64,000 bases of DNA from Azolla caroliniana (Eukaryota; Plantae; Polypodiophyta). A program made the position numbers and the translations under genes. The notes under the pieces are model-generated. The model was given only the letters and a program-made list of their open reading frames with translations. It searched no databases and had not been told where the DNA came from. Shown here piece after piece: positions 45,720-58,700 of this stretch. Each line of letters opens with the position of its first letter. The stretch's first letter is position 1. Where the stretch lies: contig JBHGNT010000002.1 of assembly GCA_043228905.1 (NCBI GenBank), forward strand, positions 8,742,001-8,806,000, written 5' to 3'.

Positions 45720-46730
45720 AGTTACACTCTCACTCTCTCACTCACAGTTACAGAGGCAACTACCTCGTTCTAACTTTACACTAATGATCAACTGCGCTCT
45801 CTCACTATAAGATTTGTCCTAGTTGCTTATAAACCAAAGCAACTTTCTAGCTATTTACAAGTATAGTGTTGGTAGACAGGTCCCTTCGGATGGGAAGGGA
45901 GAAGAACAGTGCCAACGAACAAACTCGGCCGAGGCCGACAGGCCGAGGCCGAAACGGTATGAACCGGATGAGGAGTACCCGACTGCGGATAGTCGGATGG
46001 TGTAGGCCCGACTGCGGGAAGCCGGATGAGGAGTACCCGACTGCGGAGAGTCGGATGGTGTAGGCCCGACTGCGGGAAGCCGGATGAGGAGTACCCGACT
46101 GCGGAGAGTCGGATGGTGTAGGCCCGACTGCGGAGAGCCGGATGAAGCCCATCAAGGCTACATTTGTAAATAGCCGAAAAGTCATATTAGTATAAATATG
46201 ACTTAGGGCAAACTTTTAGAAGATGATGTTATTATTATTCTTTCTTGTTGGTGCAAGAAGAAATTAGAGCGCGTAACTGTACAGAGAGAGAGAGAGAGAG
46301 AGAGAGAGACGAGGTCGTTGCCTCTGTTGTAACCGCCGCCTGTGGCGAAGATCTGTGAGCACGAGGTCGTTGCCTCAGTGATCTCACTGTTGTATATTTC
46401 TGCATAGTGACAGTTTGCAGCTTGTGGGCTGCCGTGGTTTTTCCCCCTATTTTGGGGTTTTCCACGTATACCTCCTGTGCACCATTTCTCTCCTTTTTCT
46501 TCCGTGTCGCGTTCTACATTACCTGTTTTTCTGTGTATGTAAAGAATCTCGGTTGTGGCCGAGCGTCGGACATAAGGAACGTCGAGTTCCCATCATATAG
46601 CCCCCAGGAGGCATTTCAAACTTTTCTGATTATAGTCTTCTGAAACGATTTTGATTTTGATTTTGATTTCCAATTTTGATTTTGGTATACGGTCCTTCTC
46701 TTCCCATCTGGAGGGACATGTTTCCCAACA
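45720..46730 (-). repeat. Older partial copia LTR (45720-45866 plus 46596-46730)
   Basis: Ends CCCATCTGGAGGGACATGTTTCCCAACA like the other copia LTRs; shares the CTATTTACAA motif. Confidence 0.7.
45867..46595 (+). mobile_element. Solo copia LTR with 58-bp tandem repeats
   Basis: TG..CA, TSD TATAG (45862-45866 and 46596-46600); repeat units at 45964, 46022 and 46080. Confidence 0.93.
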
Positions 46731-46949
46731 CATTACCCTTGGTTGGCTTGTTAAAATTGGTGCCTCGATTTACTAAGAAAGTCACCACAATTATTCCACA
46801 AAACGGGATAGAAAAAGTGTCACTGAATTATAGTAATCTTGTTAATGGTTCGACTATGATGGACGAGCATAGTCATCAATTAAGGTGATAATTCGGGGCC
46901 AAGAAGTCATAGGAAGCATTGTTGACGGTGGTTCGGGTGTCAATGTAAT
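46731..46949 (+). pseudogene. Gypsy K protease, N-terminal part (continues at 55071-55266)
   Basis: IRGQEVIGSIVDGGSGVNVI. Confidence 0.8.
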
Positions 46950-48599
46950 TGTTAATAATTAGGTAATTAACTATGGGTTAATAAGTACTTAATTATGTGA
47001 GTAGTTGATAAGTGGAAGATTAAGTGATATGTGTGTGTATGTGTGTGAGAGGAAGAGAGTGAGAGGAAGTTAACACTTATGAACAACACAAGATGGGGGA
47101 TGATTAACTATATTAGAAAGCATCATCATCATCAAATACAAAAATACCCACAATGAGGTATATATACATCTCATGTGCAAAGGTGCACATGTGTGAGTAG
47201 AATATAGGTACTAAGGTGTAAGTCCTATATTAAATGTACTTAGGAGTGGAGGATCTAGAATATCCCACTTAAGTACCAGGTCCTATTTAAGGCGTTATAG
47301 TCAACACTCCTAACTAGATTCTATCTACGTAACTACGAAGTTACATGGTTGACTAAATAACTAAACTAAGTTGAGTTTGATCTCTCAACACCCCCTCAAC
47401 CTCAAGTGTGAGGCGTCCGACATCCGCTTTGGTTTTCGTCAGCTACGTGTGCTTCCGTCCAACCTCCGGCTTTCTTCGTCGTGGCAATCTCGGTTCCTCC
47501 CCCTCAAGCCAGTGACGAAGGCTTGTATTGTGTGGGCGAAGGTCGACTACTTCCACCCATCGTGGGTTACAAGCCGCTTTGGTGGAGCTCTTGGGCTCTT
47601 GTTTGGCCGCTACCTTCATCGCGAAGGCACAATGATGGGCCATGTCAAGTGACGGGGTTCTTAGCTCTAGATGAGCGTCGAAGTTTTTCGCTCGCCGATG
47701 TGAACGCCTTCTTTGCTCCAAGTGTCTGCATGATGGGTATACCAAACTCACTGTCTAGTGAGCGAGGCGACACATCCGAATCACTGTTATCGAGTTGGTC
47801 GACTGCGTATTTGGGCATCTTACCTTTGCCTTTGTCCAAGTGCAGACTTGGTTGTGATGTGCTTGGGTTGCAGGGGGGCACTTGTGGCCCACTAAGCCTT
47901 GTCGTAATCGTACTTTCCTCGAACATGTGTTCGAAGCGATCTCCATCTTCTACCTCTTGTTCGGCGGATTCCGGGTCGAGCGGAGTCAGAGTCAAAGTTG
48001 TCTCTAGTGCGTACCAAGATGCGGACTCGTCGAACACTACATCTCGACTTACCCGAACCGCTCGGACAGAAGGGTTGTAGCACTTGTATGCCTTCTTCTC
48101 GGACGAGTATCTTATGAGGACACATTCCTCCAACTTCCTATTGGGCTTGTTCTTTATTCGGGATGCGTACATTCGCAATGCTTCCAAACAACTTGAGGTG
48201 CAACCGGATCGGCTTCTTTCCGACAAGGAGTTCGTATGGAGTTAGCTCATGCATTCCATTAGTGGTGCACCGGTTCATGAGATAAATGGTCGTGGATGCC
48301 GCATCAGCCGAATTGAAGTTCAGCATGTGCACGGAATAATCTTCGGCAACAACCGAAGGGAAATCACTTGATAAAATCGAACACAGAAGAAATAGGAATG
48401 AAGGTAAGTGCACGAACAGAAAAAAGAGAGAATGCACAGGATGTTAACGTGGAAAACCCTAAGAGGGAAAAACCACGGGAGTCCACAGACTCCAAACTAT
48501 CACTATATCAAGATTACAACAATGGGGCACAGAGGCAACGACCTCTTGCTCCCTCTCTTCGCCTCGCGGCGGTTACAACAGAGACACGATCATTGTGTG

Positions 48600-48601
<2 letters not shown>

Positions 48602-48688
<87 letters not shown>
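48602..48688. repeat. (CT)n microsatellite expansion inside an LTR
   Basis: ~43 CT units, versus ~7 in the cognate LTR at 54560. Confidence 0.95.
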
Positions 48689-48691
<3 letters not shown>

Positions 48692-50228
48692 GCACTGTAG
48701 AGGAGTTACAACAACAACGCGCTATTTACAAATATAGCCCCAATGGACTCTCAGAAACATATTTACGAATATGTCCCTTCATCCAGTGAGCACTTCTCCC
48801 CGGGCCTTGACATCCGGAGGGACCTGTTTCCTAACAAACTCCCCCTTCACTCCGGCATGCGATGTCTTACTAGTTTGATCCGCTTCCGACATGCATCCAG
48901 CTTGTCAGGTATCAGTACTTTGGTCAGCATATCTGACCCGTTCTCGGTCGTGTGGATCTTTGTCAGCGCCAACACTCGATCTTCTACTCGCTCCCAGATC
49001 CAGTGATACCTACGTTGGATGTGCTTCGTCCTGGAATGGTATGCTGCATTCTTAGCAAGGTGGATGGCACTTTGACTGTCGCAATAGAGCCGATATTCAT
49101 CTTGCCGAATACCGAGCTCCCCGATGAAGTCCTTCATCCATAATATTTTCCAACAAGGTTACAAGTTTCTACAAAGCCCAATCCAATTGAGATGAAGGTG
49201 GCATGTTGTCAAGGTCCTTGGTCTAAAGTTGAAAAGTAGCTACCTCCAGCAAACCATTTATGTTATAGTGTGTTGGCATGATACCTATAGTTGTGATTTA
49301 TCTAGATAAACCAAGGCATTAAGTAAACTAGTGTGTGCTTGTAAAAGTTTTGAATCTCATTCTCCAATTCGATCTACCAATCGAACGAGTCCTAGCAACC
49401 TTGTTCAATTTAATAGATTTGAAGTTTTGGATCAAATAGAAGGGGACCTATATATTTAAGTCCAACAAACCCTATTTGGTTGGACAATCTAGGATGTGTA
49501 AAGTTGGTTCGTAATACTAATCCTCAAATTTAGTTTGTAGAATTCTTGTCTTCCTTATGATATCAATGTCTTCCTTATGATCTCTTGGATTCAAGAACCA
49601 ACTCATGTTTAATGGATCAAGAATTCATGTGGACACAACAAATCATGTTGAATAAGCTTTCTTATTTGATGTTTATAATTCATTGAAGGGTGCCTTTTTG
49701 AAGTTCAGATCGTTGCCGGCCACAACCGGTTTTGCATGTGCGGAATAATAGTCAATCTAATGGAATGGGAAAAACAGAATACAGAAACTGAGAATGACAT
49801 AGATTTTAACGTGGAAACCCGAACTGGGAAAAAATCACGTGGATTCCACAAACTCCGAAACAGAACACTATGGGAGAAAGAAATACAATCAGAGATCTCA
49901 GAGGCAACGACCTCGAGATCCTGCTTCGCCAACAGGCGGCTATGGAGCTCACACACTCCCACTCACACTCGTTCACTCTCATAGTTACGGAGACAACAAC
50001 CTCGTCAACAGTAACCTTTTAATAACGCGCACATCTAACATGATTGCCCTAAGTGCTTATATACTAATGTAACCTTTCGACTATTTACAAACTTAGCCTT
50101 CCGTGTTTTCTATCTCCACGATTTCCGGTTTCGGCCTTAGCATATCGGCCTCACCCGAGTTGCTCATCAACACAGTTCTTCTCACTTCCCATCCGGAGGG
50201 ACCTGTTTCCTAACAAATTCCCCCTTCA

Positions 50229-53200
50229 CTCCGGCATGGGATGTCTTACTAGTCCGATCTGCTTCCGACATGGATCCAGCTTGTCGGGTATCAGTACTTT
50301 GGTCAGCATATCTGATTCGTTCTCAGCCGTGTGGATCTTCGTCAGCGCGAACTCTCGATCTTCTACTCGCTCCCGGATCTAGTGATACCTATGTTGGATG
50401 TGCTTCGTCCTGGAATGGTACGCTGCGTTCTTAGCAAGGTGGATGGCACTTTGACTGTCGCAATAGAACCAGTATTCATCTTGCCGGATACCGAGCTCTC
50501 CGATGAAGTCCTTCATCCATAATATTTCCTTGCTGGCTTCAATAGCCGCCATGTACTCCGCCTCCGTGGTTGACAACGCAACCGTCTTTTGCAACCTCGA
50601 CTGCCATGAAACAACTCCCCCTGCATATGTCATTACATACCCGGATGTAGACCGGCTGGTATCCACATCAGCCGACATATCCGAATTGATAAAACCGTCA
50701 AGCTGAGGTTTACCGGAGCCGAATCGGAGACACATATTCGAAGTGCCCTTCAAGTACTAGAGTATCCATTTGACCGCGTTCCAGTGCTCCTTGCCGGCAT
50801 TGCTCATAAACCGGCTCACCACTCCGACTATGTATCCAATATCCGGTTGAGTACACACCATTTCGTACATTAAGCTTCGAACGGCAGAGGCATATGGAAC
50901 CTTCATCATATCTGCCTTCTCTGCTTTCGTCTTCGGGCTTTGCTTACCGGATAACCTGCAGTTTCCCGGAAGTGTCGATCCGACGGGTTTCGCATCTGAC
51001 ATGTTGAACCGCTAAAGCACCTTTGTCACGTACTTCTCCTGTGACAACAACAATTGCTTCGTTGGCCGGTCTCGGATGATATGCATCCTCAACATCTGTC
51101 TTGCCGGGCCCAAGTCTTTCATTGTGAAGGTTCGATTGAGAGCCTTCTTCAGCATCCGTATTTTGGCTTGGTCCCGTCTAACGATCAACATATCATCCAC
51201 GTACAGAAGGAGTATCAGGAAGTCGCCTCCTTCGAACTTCTTCACAAACATGTAGTGATCAACCTGTGTCTTGTGTTACCCTTGATCGGTCATGAAGGAG
51301 TCGAACTTCCGATACCACTGTCGGGGAGCCTGCTTCAGTCCGTACAAGCTCTTCTTCAACCGACAAACCCGGTGCTCCTTCCCTTTCTCCACGAATCCTT
51401 CCGGTTGCTGCATGTAGGTCACCTCTTTGAGGTCACCATGAAGGAATGTCGTCTTCATGTCTATCTGCTCTACCTCGAGGTCCATGCTTGCCGCTATACT
51501 CAGCACCGTCCGGATGGAGGTCATCTTTACTACCAGGGTAAATATCTAGTCGATTTCCACGCCCTTCTTCTGCTGGAACCCCTTCACCACGATCTTGGCT
51601 TTGTATCTCGGGGGGTTGCCGGCATCTCCCAGTTTCAACTTGTACACCCATTTATTTCAGAGTGCCCGCTTTCCTTTCGGAAACTCCACCAATTCGTACG
51701 TATGGTTCTCATGCAGGGAATCCATCTCATCCTGCATGGCACTTAACCATTTGCGGGGGCGTCACTTTTAACTTCCTCGAAGGTTTCTGGATCCCCCTCA
51801 TTGGTTAGTAACACCTCTGGGGGGCCCTTCTCTCTCTGAGAGGATATCTCCGTCTTCGGATTTCGGCAACTGGCTCCTCTATTTGTTCTTCATCTGAATC
51901 CGATTCGGGGTCTTGGCCAGTTCTGGTTTCACGTATTCCTTCTTCTTCGGCCTGTCTTGTCTCCTCACCGTCACCGGCCGGTTCATCGAGTGCTAACCGA
52001 TCTCTTGCCGGTTGGGTCTCCTCATCGTAGAATTAATCCTTACCGGTCGACTCAGAGTTCATTATCTTCTTCTCCGACTCCCAGTCGGCGAGCGCCTTGT
52101 CCTCCACGAAGATAATATCTCGACTCCGGAATACCTTCTTGTCGACTGGGTCCCACACTCAATAGCCAAACTCATCATCGTCGTATCCGAGGAATATGCA
52201 TGGCCGGGTCTTTGGATCTAACTTTCCTCTCCGGTCCTTAGCTACATGCACATATGCAAGACACATGAATACCTTCAAATGCCGGTAAAACACTTCCTTA
52301 CCGATCCAGACTCTCTGCGGCGTGTCCCCTTCCAAGGGTACTGAGGGTGATCTGTTTATCACATATGTCGCCGTCGACAGTGCCTCATGCCAAAACTTCT
52401 TGGGTAATTTTGCATGCGCCAGCATACTCCGGACCCTCTCCATTATGGTCTGGTTCATTCTCTCAGCCAGCCCGTTTAGTTCCGGCATCTTTGGCATGGT
52501 AAATTCGAGCCGGATTCCCTTCGAGCGGCAGTACTCCTCGAATTGCCCCAATATTCACCTCCGTTATCTGCTTGAACCACCTTTAGCTTCCGGTTGGTTT
52601 CTCTTTCCACTCTTGCGTGGAGCTCTTTGAAGACGGATAGCACCTACTCCTTCGTCTTCAACGGTGTGGCCCACAGCTTCCGGTTGTGGTCATCTATGAA
52701 TGTCACGAACTATTGCGATCTGGCATGTGACTTCGTGTCCACTTGACACACATCAGTATGCACCAACTCCAGTGGTGCATTACGTCTCATCGGTGGCCTT
52801 GATCGGAAGGAGGTCCGGTTTTGCTTACCGGCCAGACAATCAGTGCACTTCTCCAAGTGCACGTTCTTCACTGGAATGAAGTTGTCGTCTGCAAGCCTCT
52901 TCATCCCCTTCTCACTCATGTGACACAATCTCTTGTGCCACAGCTCACCGGCAGTGTTAGAAGCCATGTTTGCTTCTTCCGGGCATAACCGGGCATTCAT
53001 CAGGTACAACGTGTTGACCTTCCGAGCCCAAGCCACAATCAAGCTCCCTTTGCTGAACTTCATAACACCGTTCCGGATGCTACCCGTGTAGCCTTCATCA
53101 TCTAGCCGACCGGCTGATATCAGGTTCAGTCTAACCTCCGAAACGTGTCGGACATCCTTCAGCAGCAGCTTGCATCCGGTTGGTGTTGTCAACCACATGT

Positions 53201-54240
53201 CTCCTATGCCGACAATTCGGCATGTACCTTCATTCCCCATCCGGACACAACCGTGATCACCGGTTGAGTAAGATGAGAAGCATTTACGATCTGGGGTAAG
53301 GTGGAACGACGCTCCGGAGTCAACCACCCAGGTCATCTCGTCGCCAGCAAGGTTTAGCTCACTCTCCTCGGTGATGAACATCAACTCTTCTTCACTTGCC
53401 GTGATTGCCGTCGTTCCCTTCCGGTCCGTTCCCCTCCGGTCTTTACCGTTCCGGTCCGGTGTCCGCTTCGAATCGGTACCATCGGTTTCCTTGTCTTTTC
53501 GGAAGTGCCGACAGTTTTTCTGGAATTATCCCGACTTGCCGCAATAGAAGCAAGTAGGCCTCCCCCTTGACTTTGACCGTGTCCCCGACTTCTCCCAGTT
53601 CTGGGGACTACGGTTCCTTTGTCTTCCGCGTTCCGATTCAGTAAGGAGCGCTTTGGAGTCGGAGCTCGTATCCTTATCTTTCCAGCGCGCCTCCTCATCT
53701 AGCAAGCTCGACTTCACTCATGCTAGGGATAACCGTTTTCCTTCCGGCCCGACGTTGCCCAAAGTGATAACCAACGTCTCCCAGCTATCTGGGAGGGAAC
53801 CGAGCAGGAGTAGTGCTAGTACCTCATCGGCGAGAGGTACTTCCAATGATGTTGCCTGGTGGATCAGCCCCTGGAAGGCATTCATGTGCTCCACCATGGT
53901 GGAGCTATCTTGGTACCGGAGTCTTACTAGCTTCCAAAATACCGAAACCTGATTAACAACATTTTTGTTTTGGAACATAAGGCCGATCTTCTCCTAGAGC
54001 TCATGAGCCTTGCTCTCTTCATTAAAGTTGTTGTATAGACTCATATCGATGAAGCACCGTATGTACGCCGTTGTCTTCATGTGCATCACCTCCCATATCG
54101 TGGCATCGATTTTGTCTAGTCTCTTGTCCCCAAACTGAACCGACAACTAAAGATCTTTAACCACGAGCATTTCCCTCATCTTCAACTTCCACACTGAATA
54201 GTTGGAGCCGGTGAGCTTGAACATGCCTCCCAACGAATCG
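50229..54240 (-). pseudogene. pol: Copia gag-PR-INT-RT-RH, multiple stops
   Basis: ORFs 53718-53978, 52710-53384, 52159-52551, 51276-51524, 51012-51251 and 50379-50753. Confidence 0.93.
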
Positions 54241-55070
54241 TCTATTTTTCTGTGTCATTTCGCTCTGATACCACTTTGTCGAGAAATACGCGGAATAATC
54301 TCCGGCAACAACCGAAGGGAAATCACTTGATATAATCGAACACAGAAGAAATAGGAATGGAGGTAAGTGCACGAACAGAAAAAAGAGAGAATGCACAGGA
54401 TGTTAACGTGGAAAACCCTGAGAGGGAAAAACCACGGGAGTCCACAAACTCCAAACTACCACTATATCAAGATTACAACAATGGGGCACAGAGGCAACGG
54501 CCTCTTGCTCCATCTCTTCGCCTCGCGTGTTACAGCAGAGACACGATCACTGTGTGTCGCTCTCTCTCTCTCTCTTACGCACTGTACAGGAGTTAGAACA
54601 ACAACGCGCTAAGTTTGCCCTAAGTCATATTTATACTAATATGAATTTTCAGCTATTTACAAATATAGCCCCAATGGACTCTCAGAAACATATTTACGAA
54701 TATGTCCCTTCATCCGGTGAGCACTTCTCACCGGGCCTTCACCATCCGGCTCTTGCCGGGTACTTCACATCTGGTTCTCACCAGGTCTTCTGTTGCTGGG
54801 TACTCGTCATCCGGTTCTCACCGAGTCTTCCTTGCCGGGTACTCCACATCCGGTTCTCACCGGGTCTTCCGTTGCCTGGTACTCCACATCCAGATTCGGC
54901 CGAGGCCGGTACTATTCTTCTCACTTCCCATCCGGAGGGATCTGTTTCCTAACACCCACTCAAGTACAAGGTCCTATTTAAAGCATTATAGTCAACACTC
55001 CTAACTAGATTCTACCTAGGTAACTACGAAGTTACATGGTTGACTAAATAACTAAACTAAGTTGAGCTTG

Positions 55071-55266
55071 AACTACATGTGATCGGCTCGGCTTTATGAA
55101 ATGGGATGCATGTCCTTTTTGGTTACGTATGGCGGACACAAGCGCAGTTCGACCACGTGGTCTGATTAAACAATTAGATATTGTTATAGGGGCCACACAT
55201 TCCAGATCTCAGTAGTAGTGTTACACCTAGATGCAACCTCTGCATATCCTTTATTATTAGGCCGAC
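55071..55266 (+). pseudogene. Gypsy K protease, C-terminal part
   Basis: TCDRLGFMKWDACPFWLRMADTSAVRP..YPLLLGR, homologous to 30177-30400. Confidence 0.8.
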
Positions 55267-55776
55267 TATTGAGTCACAAGTTCAATAATGAGTGCGTAAT
55301 ACGGTGCATAACCCAGTGCGTAGACGGGGTGCGTAAAATAGTACGCACTACATGGCCATAACGGTGCGAACACCGCGAGGCCGTTAGAGAGATATTCCTC
55401 AAAAGGAATAATTTTGGGAGTGAGTTTAGCAGCTCATTTATGAGCGTCAAGTACTGTCAATACTTGTGTCAACCCGATAGTCAGGGCTTGTATAAAAGGT
55501 CCTCACTGAGCACGAAGTATGTACAAAGTGTCATTATTTTGACATAGAACTGTGTTGTCTGCTCTCTCTGTCTCTCCCTCTCCATCTCCATCTCGGTGTT
55601 TTCTGAGTTCTCCGAACTGTGTACTCTGTGTTTCGCATATGCTTCAGCACCTGTATCCTTCTACATGGTATCAGAGCGCGAGGGTTGAAGTCCTCTACAG
55701 CCGACAAGAAAAGCTTGTGACAAAACAGAGTTGAAGTTGTTGTTCGTTTTTGTTCGGAAAAGAAAAAGACAACAAT

Positions 55777-58700
55777 ATGGACAGAGGTATGGGAAGTTCG
55801 CTATCGACCGAGAAGCTCGACAGGAGCAACTACGTGTCTTGGTCGTACAAGATGCACCAGTACCTGCTTGGCCATGGCTACTAGAGTTATGTCGAAGGAG
55901 CTAATGATGTAGCACCGGATTCAACACACAGAGATTTTTCGGCTTGGGAACAAGCAGCAAGCAGAGTTCTCTACTGCTTTGCATCCTGTGTGAGCGACCA
56001 GCTATTGAGCTATATCTGGGATGCTAAGACGCCAAAGCACATGTGCGCGAATCTCAAAAAGATTTTTGCCACAACCACAACGGCCAGGAAGCTGCAATTC
56101 AGGCAGGAGCTCAGCAATGTCCGACAGAAGGATATGTCAGTGGCTGACTACACCACCAAGATCAAAGAAATCTGTGACTCACTCACCTCTATCAATGTGA
56201 ACGTTGAGGAGGAAGAGATGGTGCAAGTTTGTCTTGGCGGGTTAGCGTCTAAGTTCAGAGCTTTTTGAATGGCGGTCTGTACGAGGGAGAATACGCCTTC
56301 ATTCTTCGAGCTTTAGTCAATGTTGCTCGTGGAGGAAAATCACGTTGTCGTAGTGTATTTCGTACACTATGTGAAAAAGTAAAAATAATATAACCGATTT
56401 AATTACATATAAATAAATAAAATAAAAATATCGAAATATTTATCACGTGCATAGGACAAGATTTGAACCTTGTACCTCCATGTAGCCAAACCTCAACTTT
56501 ACCATTATGCTACCTTATCTTTAGTGTTCTATAAATAGATTTAATAACTATAAGTGCTTTATTTGCGCCTACCTTTATTAAAAGGTAAATCATGCATTTT
56601 TAGAGTGCGTGAATATTTTATAGAAAAACGCAAGCAACTAAAAAGTGACTCATGCACATCTAGCGTGCATGAGTACTATATTTAGCAAATAAAAGCAAGG
56701 ATTAGAAAAGCATCACATGCACATTTAGTGTGCATGAACATATTAGAAAAAAAAGCATGTAGCTATGCTTAGTCTCTCCCATCACTACATAAGGATGGGG
56801 AGCACAATGTAATAGGGGTGTGAAATATTTGGAAATTGGATATATTTCCGAAAACATCAACCGATTAATATAATCGTGGGATTCACGAAAATAATATAAT
56901 CTATACTTGTGGGATTCACAAGTTTCTTATATCTTTCTTTCAATCTAAATACATATTCTTATCTAAATATTGATTAATCGAATACAATACACTCGTGGGA
57001 TTCACGAAATTTCTATCTCTCTTTCTAATAATCTATTCATTACTAGCCTCATCTCATATTCTTCTTTCTCCTAGTCCAAAACCTCAGTGGTTCCCACCCG
57101 ACTCACGCAACGATCCGGCGCCGAAAGGCACGACAACGTGGGTGCGTCGACAAGTACGCACGCTGATGGCAAGATGTTGTACACGGAGGAAGATAGGCCC
57201 CGTGGTTGTGGTGAACAAGGCGGATTAGCACGCAATGGAGGCGGCCGACAAGAGCAGAACAAGTGGCATAATTGAAATGCCGATAACAGTTTGGGACCCT
57301 CCACAAGCAAGGGGAGTCATGGCGGCGCCGGAAGCCGACAACAGAAGGATGCGTCTGAATGCTGGTATTGTGGCAAGAAAGGCCATAGGGAGAGCAAATG
57401 CTGGAAAAAGAAGGTTGATTCAGACAAAGCCGGATCAAGTGGAAGGGATGTGGAGATGCGTCAGAATTCGCACTACGCAGAAGGCTCCAAACGAGCCGGA
57501 AATGGAGTTGGCCCTGCCTTCGTAATGAAGCATAAGGCCAACTCAATGGTCGTGAACACCTCAAAATCGAGCGAAGTGTGGTATGTTGATTCCGGAGCGT
57601 CAAATCATATGACGAGCCATGAGGAGTAGTTCTCATACTTGGAGAAGCCGGAATCACGAGGGGTTGTCAAAACGGGGAATGGCACTCCGCATACCATCGA
57701 ACATGTCGGCCAAGTTCCCCTTAGCCACATTGGGCAGAAAGGGAAACTCATGAACGTGTTGCACGTCCCGACAATAATGAAGAACCTGGTGTCGGTCGGT
57801 TAGATCATTGACCAGGGAATGCAGGTTCGATTCACGCATCTCGGTTGTTTCATAGAAGAGGAAGGCAAAGTAGTCGCACAAGGGCGCCATGAAGGGAGGA
57901 TATTTATCCTCAACACTAATCAAGCCAGCACCGCGTTGTACGCGAAAGGACAAAAGGTCAAATTGTATATCGACCTGTGGCACAAGCGGTTCAGCCATGT
58001 AAATTTCCCACGACTTCGTGACATGCAAACGAAGAACATTGTTTTCGGGTTGCCGAAATTTTGTGGCGGGAATGGCCAAGTCTGCGAAGCCTGTCAGATG
58101 GGAAAACAACACCAATTTCCATTCCCCAATGAGAATAATCGTAGTCGAAGTCCTCTGGATTTGATCCATTCGGATGTGTGGGGTCCAGCATAAAACGTGA
58201 GTCTTGGTGGAAACTGTCACTTTGTAACCTTCATCGATGACTTCACTCGGCACACGTGGGTATGCACGATCTCGAAGAAAAGCGAAGTCTTCGCATGTTT
58301 CCTGAAGGTGAAGAGTCTTGTCGAAAGGGAAATAGGACGTAAGAGCAAATGCCTACGGTCCGATGGCGGGAAGGAGTACTTCTCCGACCAGTTCACAAGT
58401 TATCTACAGAAGGAGGGAATTCAATGCGAATTCTCATGTAGATACACGCCGCAGCAGAATGGCGTGGCCGAGCGGAAGAATCGGACAATCGAAGAAGCAG
58501 CCAGAGAAATGCTTGAAGAGAAGCATATGTCGAAATTTTATTGGGCCGAAGCCGTGAAGACGGATGTCTACTTGCAGAATCGGACTTCTGCTAATGGAGG
58601 AGTGTCGCCACATGAATTGTATTTCGGGAAGAAGCCGAACTTGGCACACTTGAGGATTTTCGGTAGCATTGCTTATGTGCATGTGCCGAAGGAAAAGAGG

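Larger units (their letters stand above)
48330..54954 (-). mobile_element. Tnt1-like copia I with three LTRs
   Basis: 5' LTR 54277-54954 and PBS 54262-54273; gag-pol 50229-54240; PPT and a foreign LTR ~49699-50215; second RNase H end 48850-49150, PPT and cognate 3' LTR 48330-48836. Confidence 0.85.
46950..55070 (-). mobile_element. Deleted copia J (family-B-like): 3' LTR 46950-47390, INT remnant 47645-48325, 5' LTR remnant 54955-55070
   Basis: 47265-47380 matches 54955-55070; PPT TTGAGGGGG beside the LTR; YKCYNP..VSRDVVFDESASWY. Confidence 0.8.
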
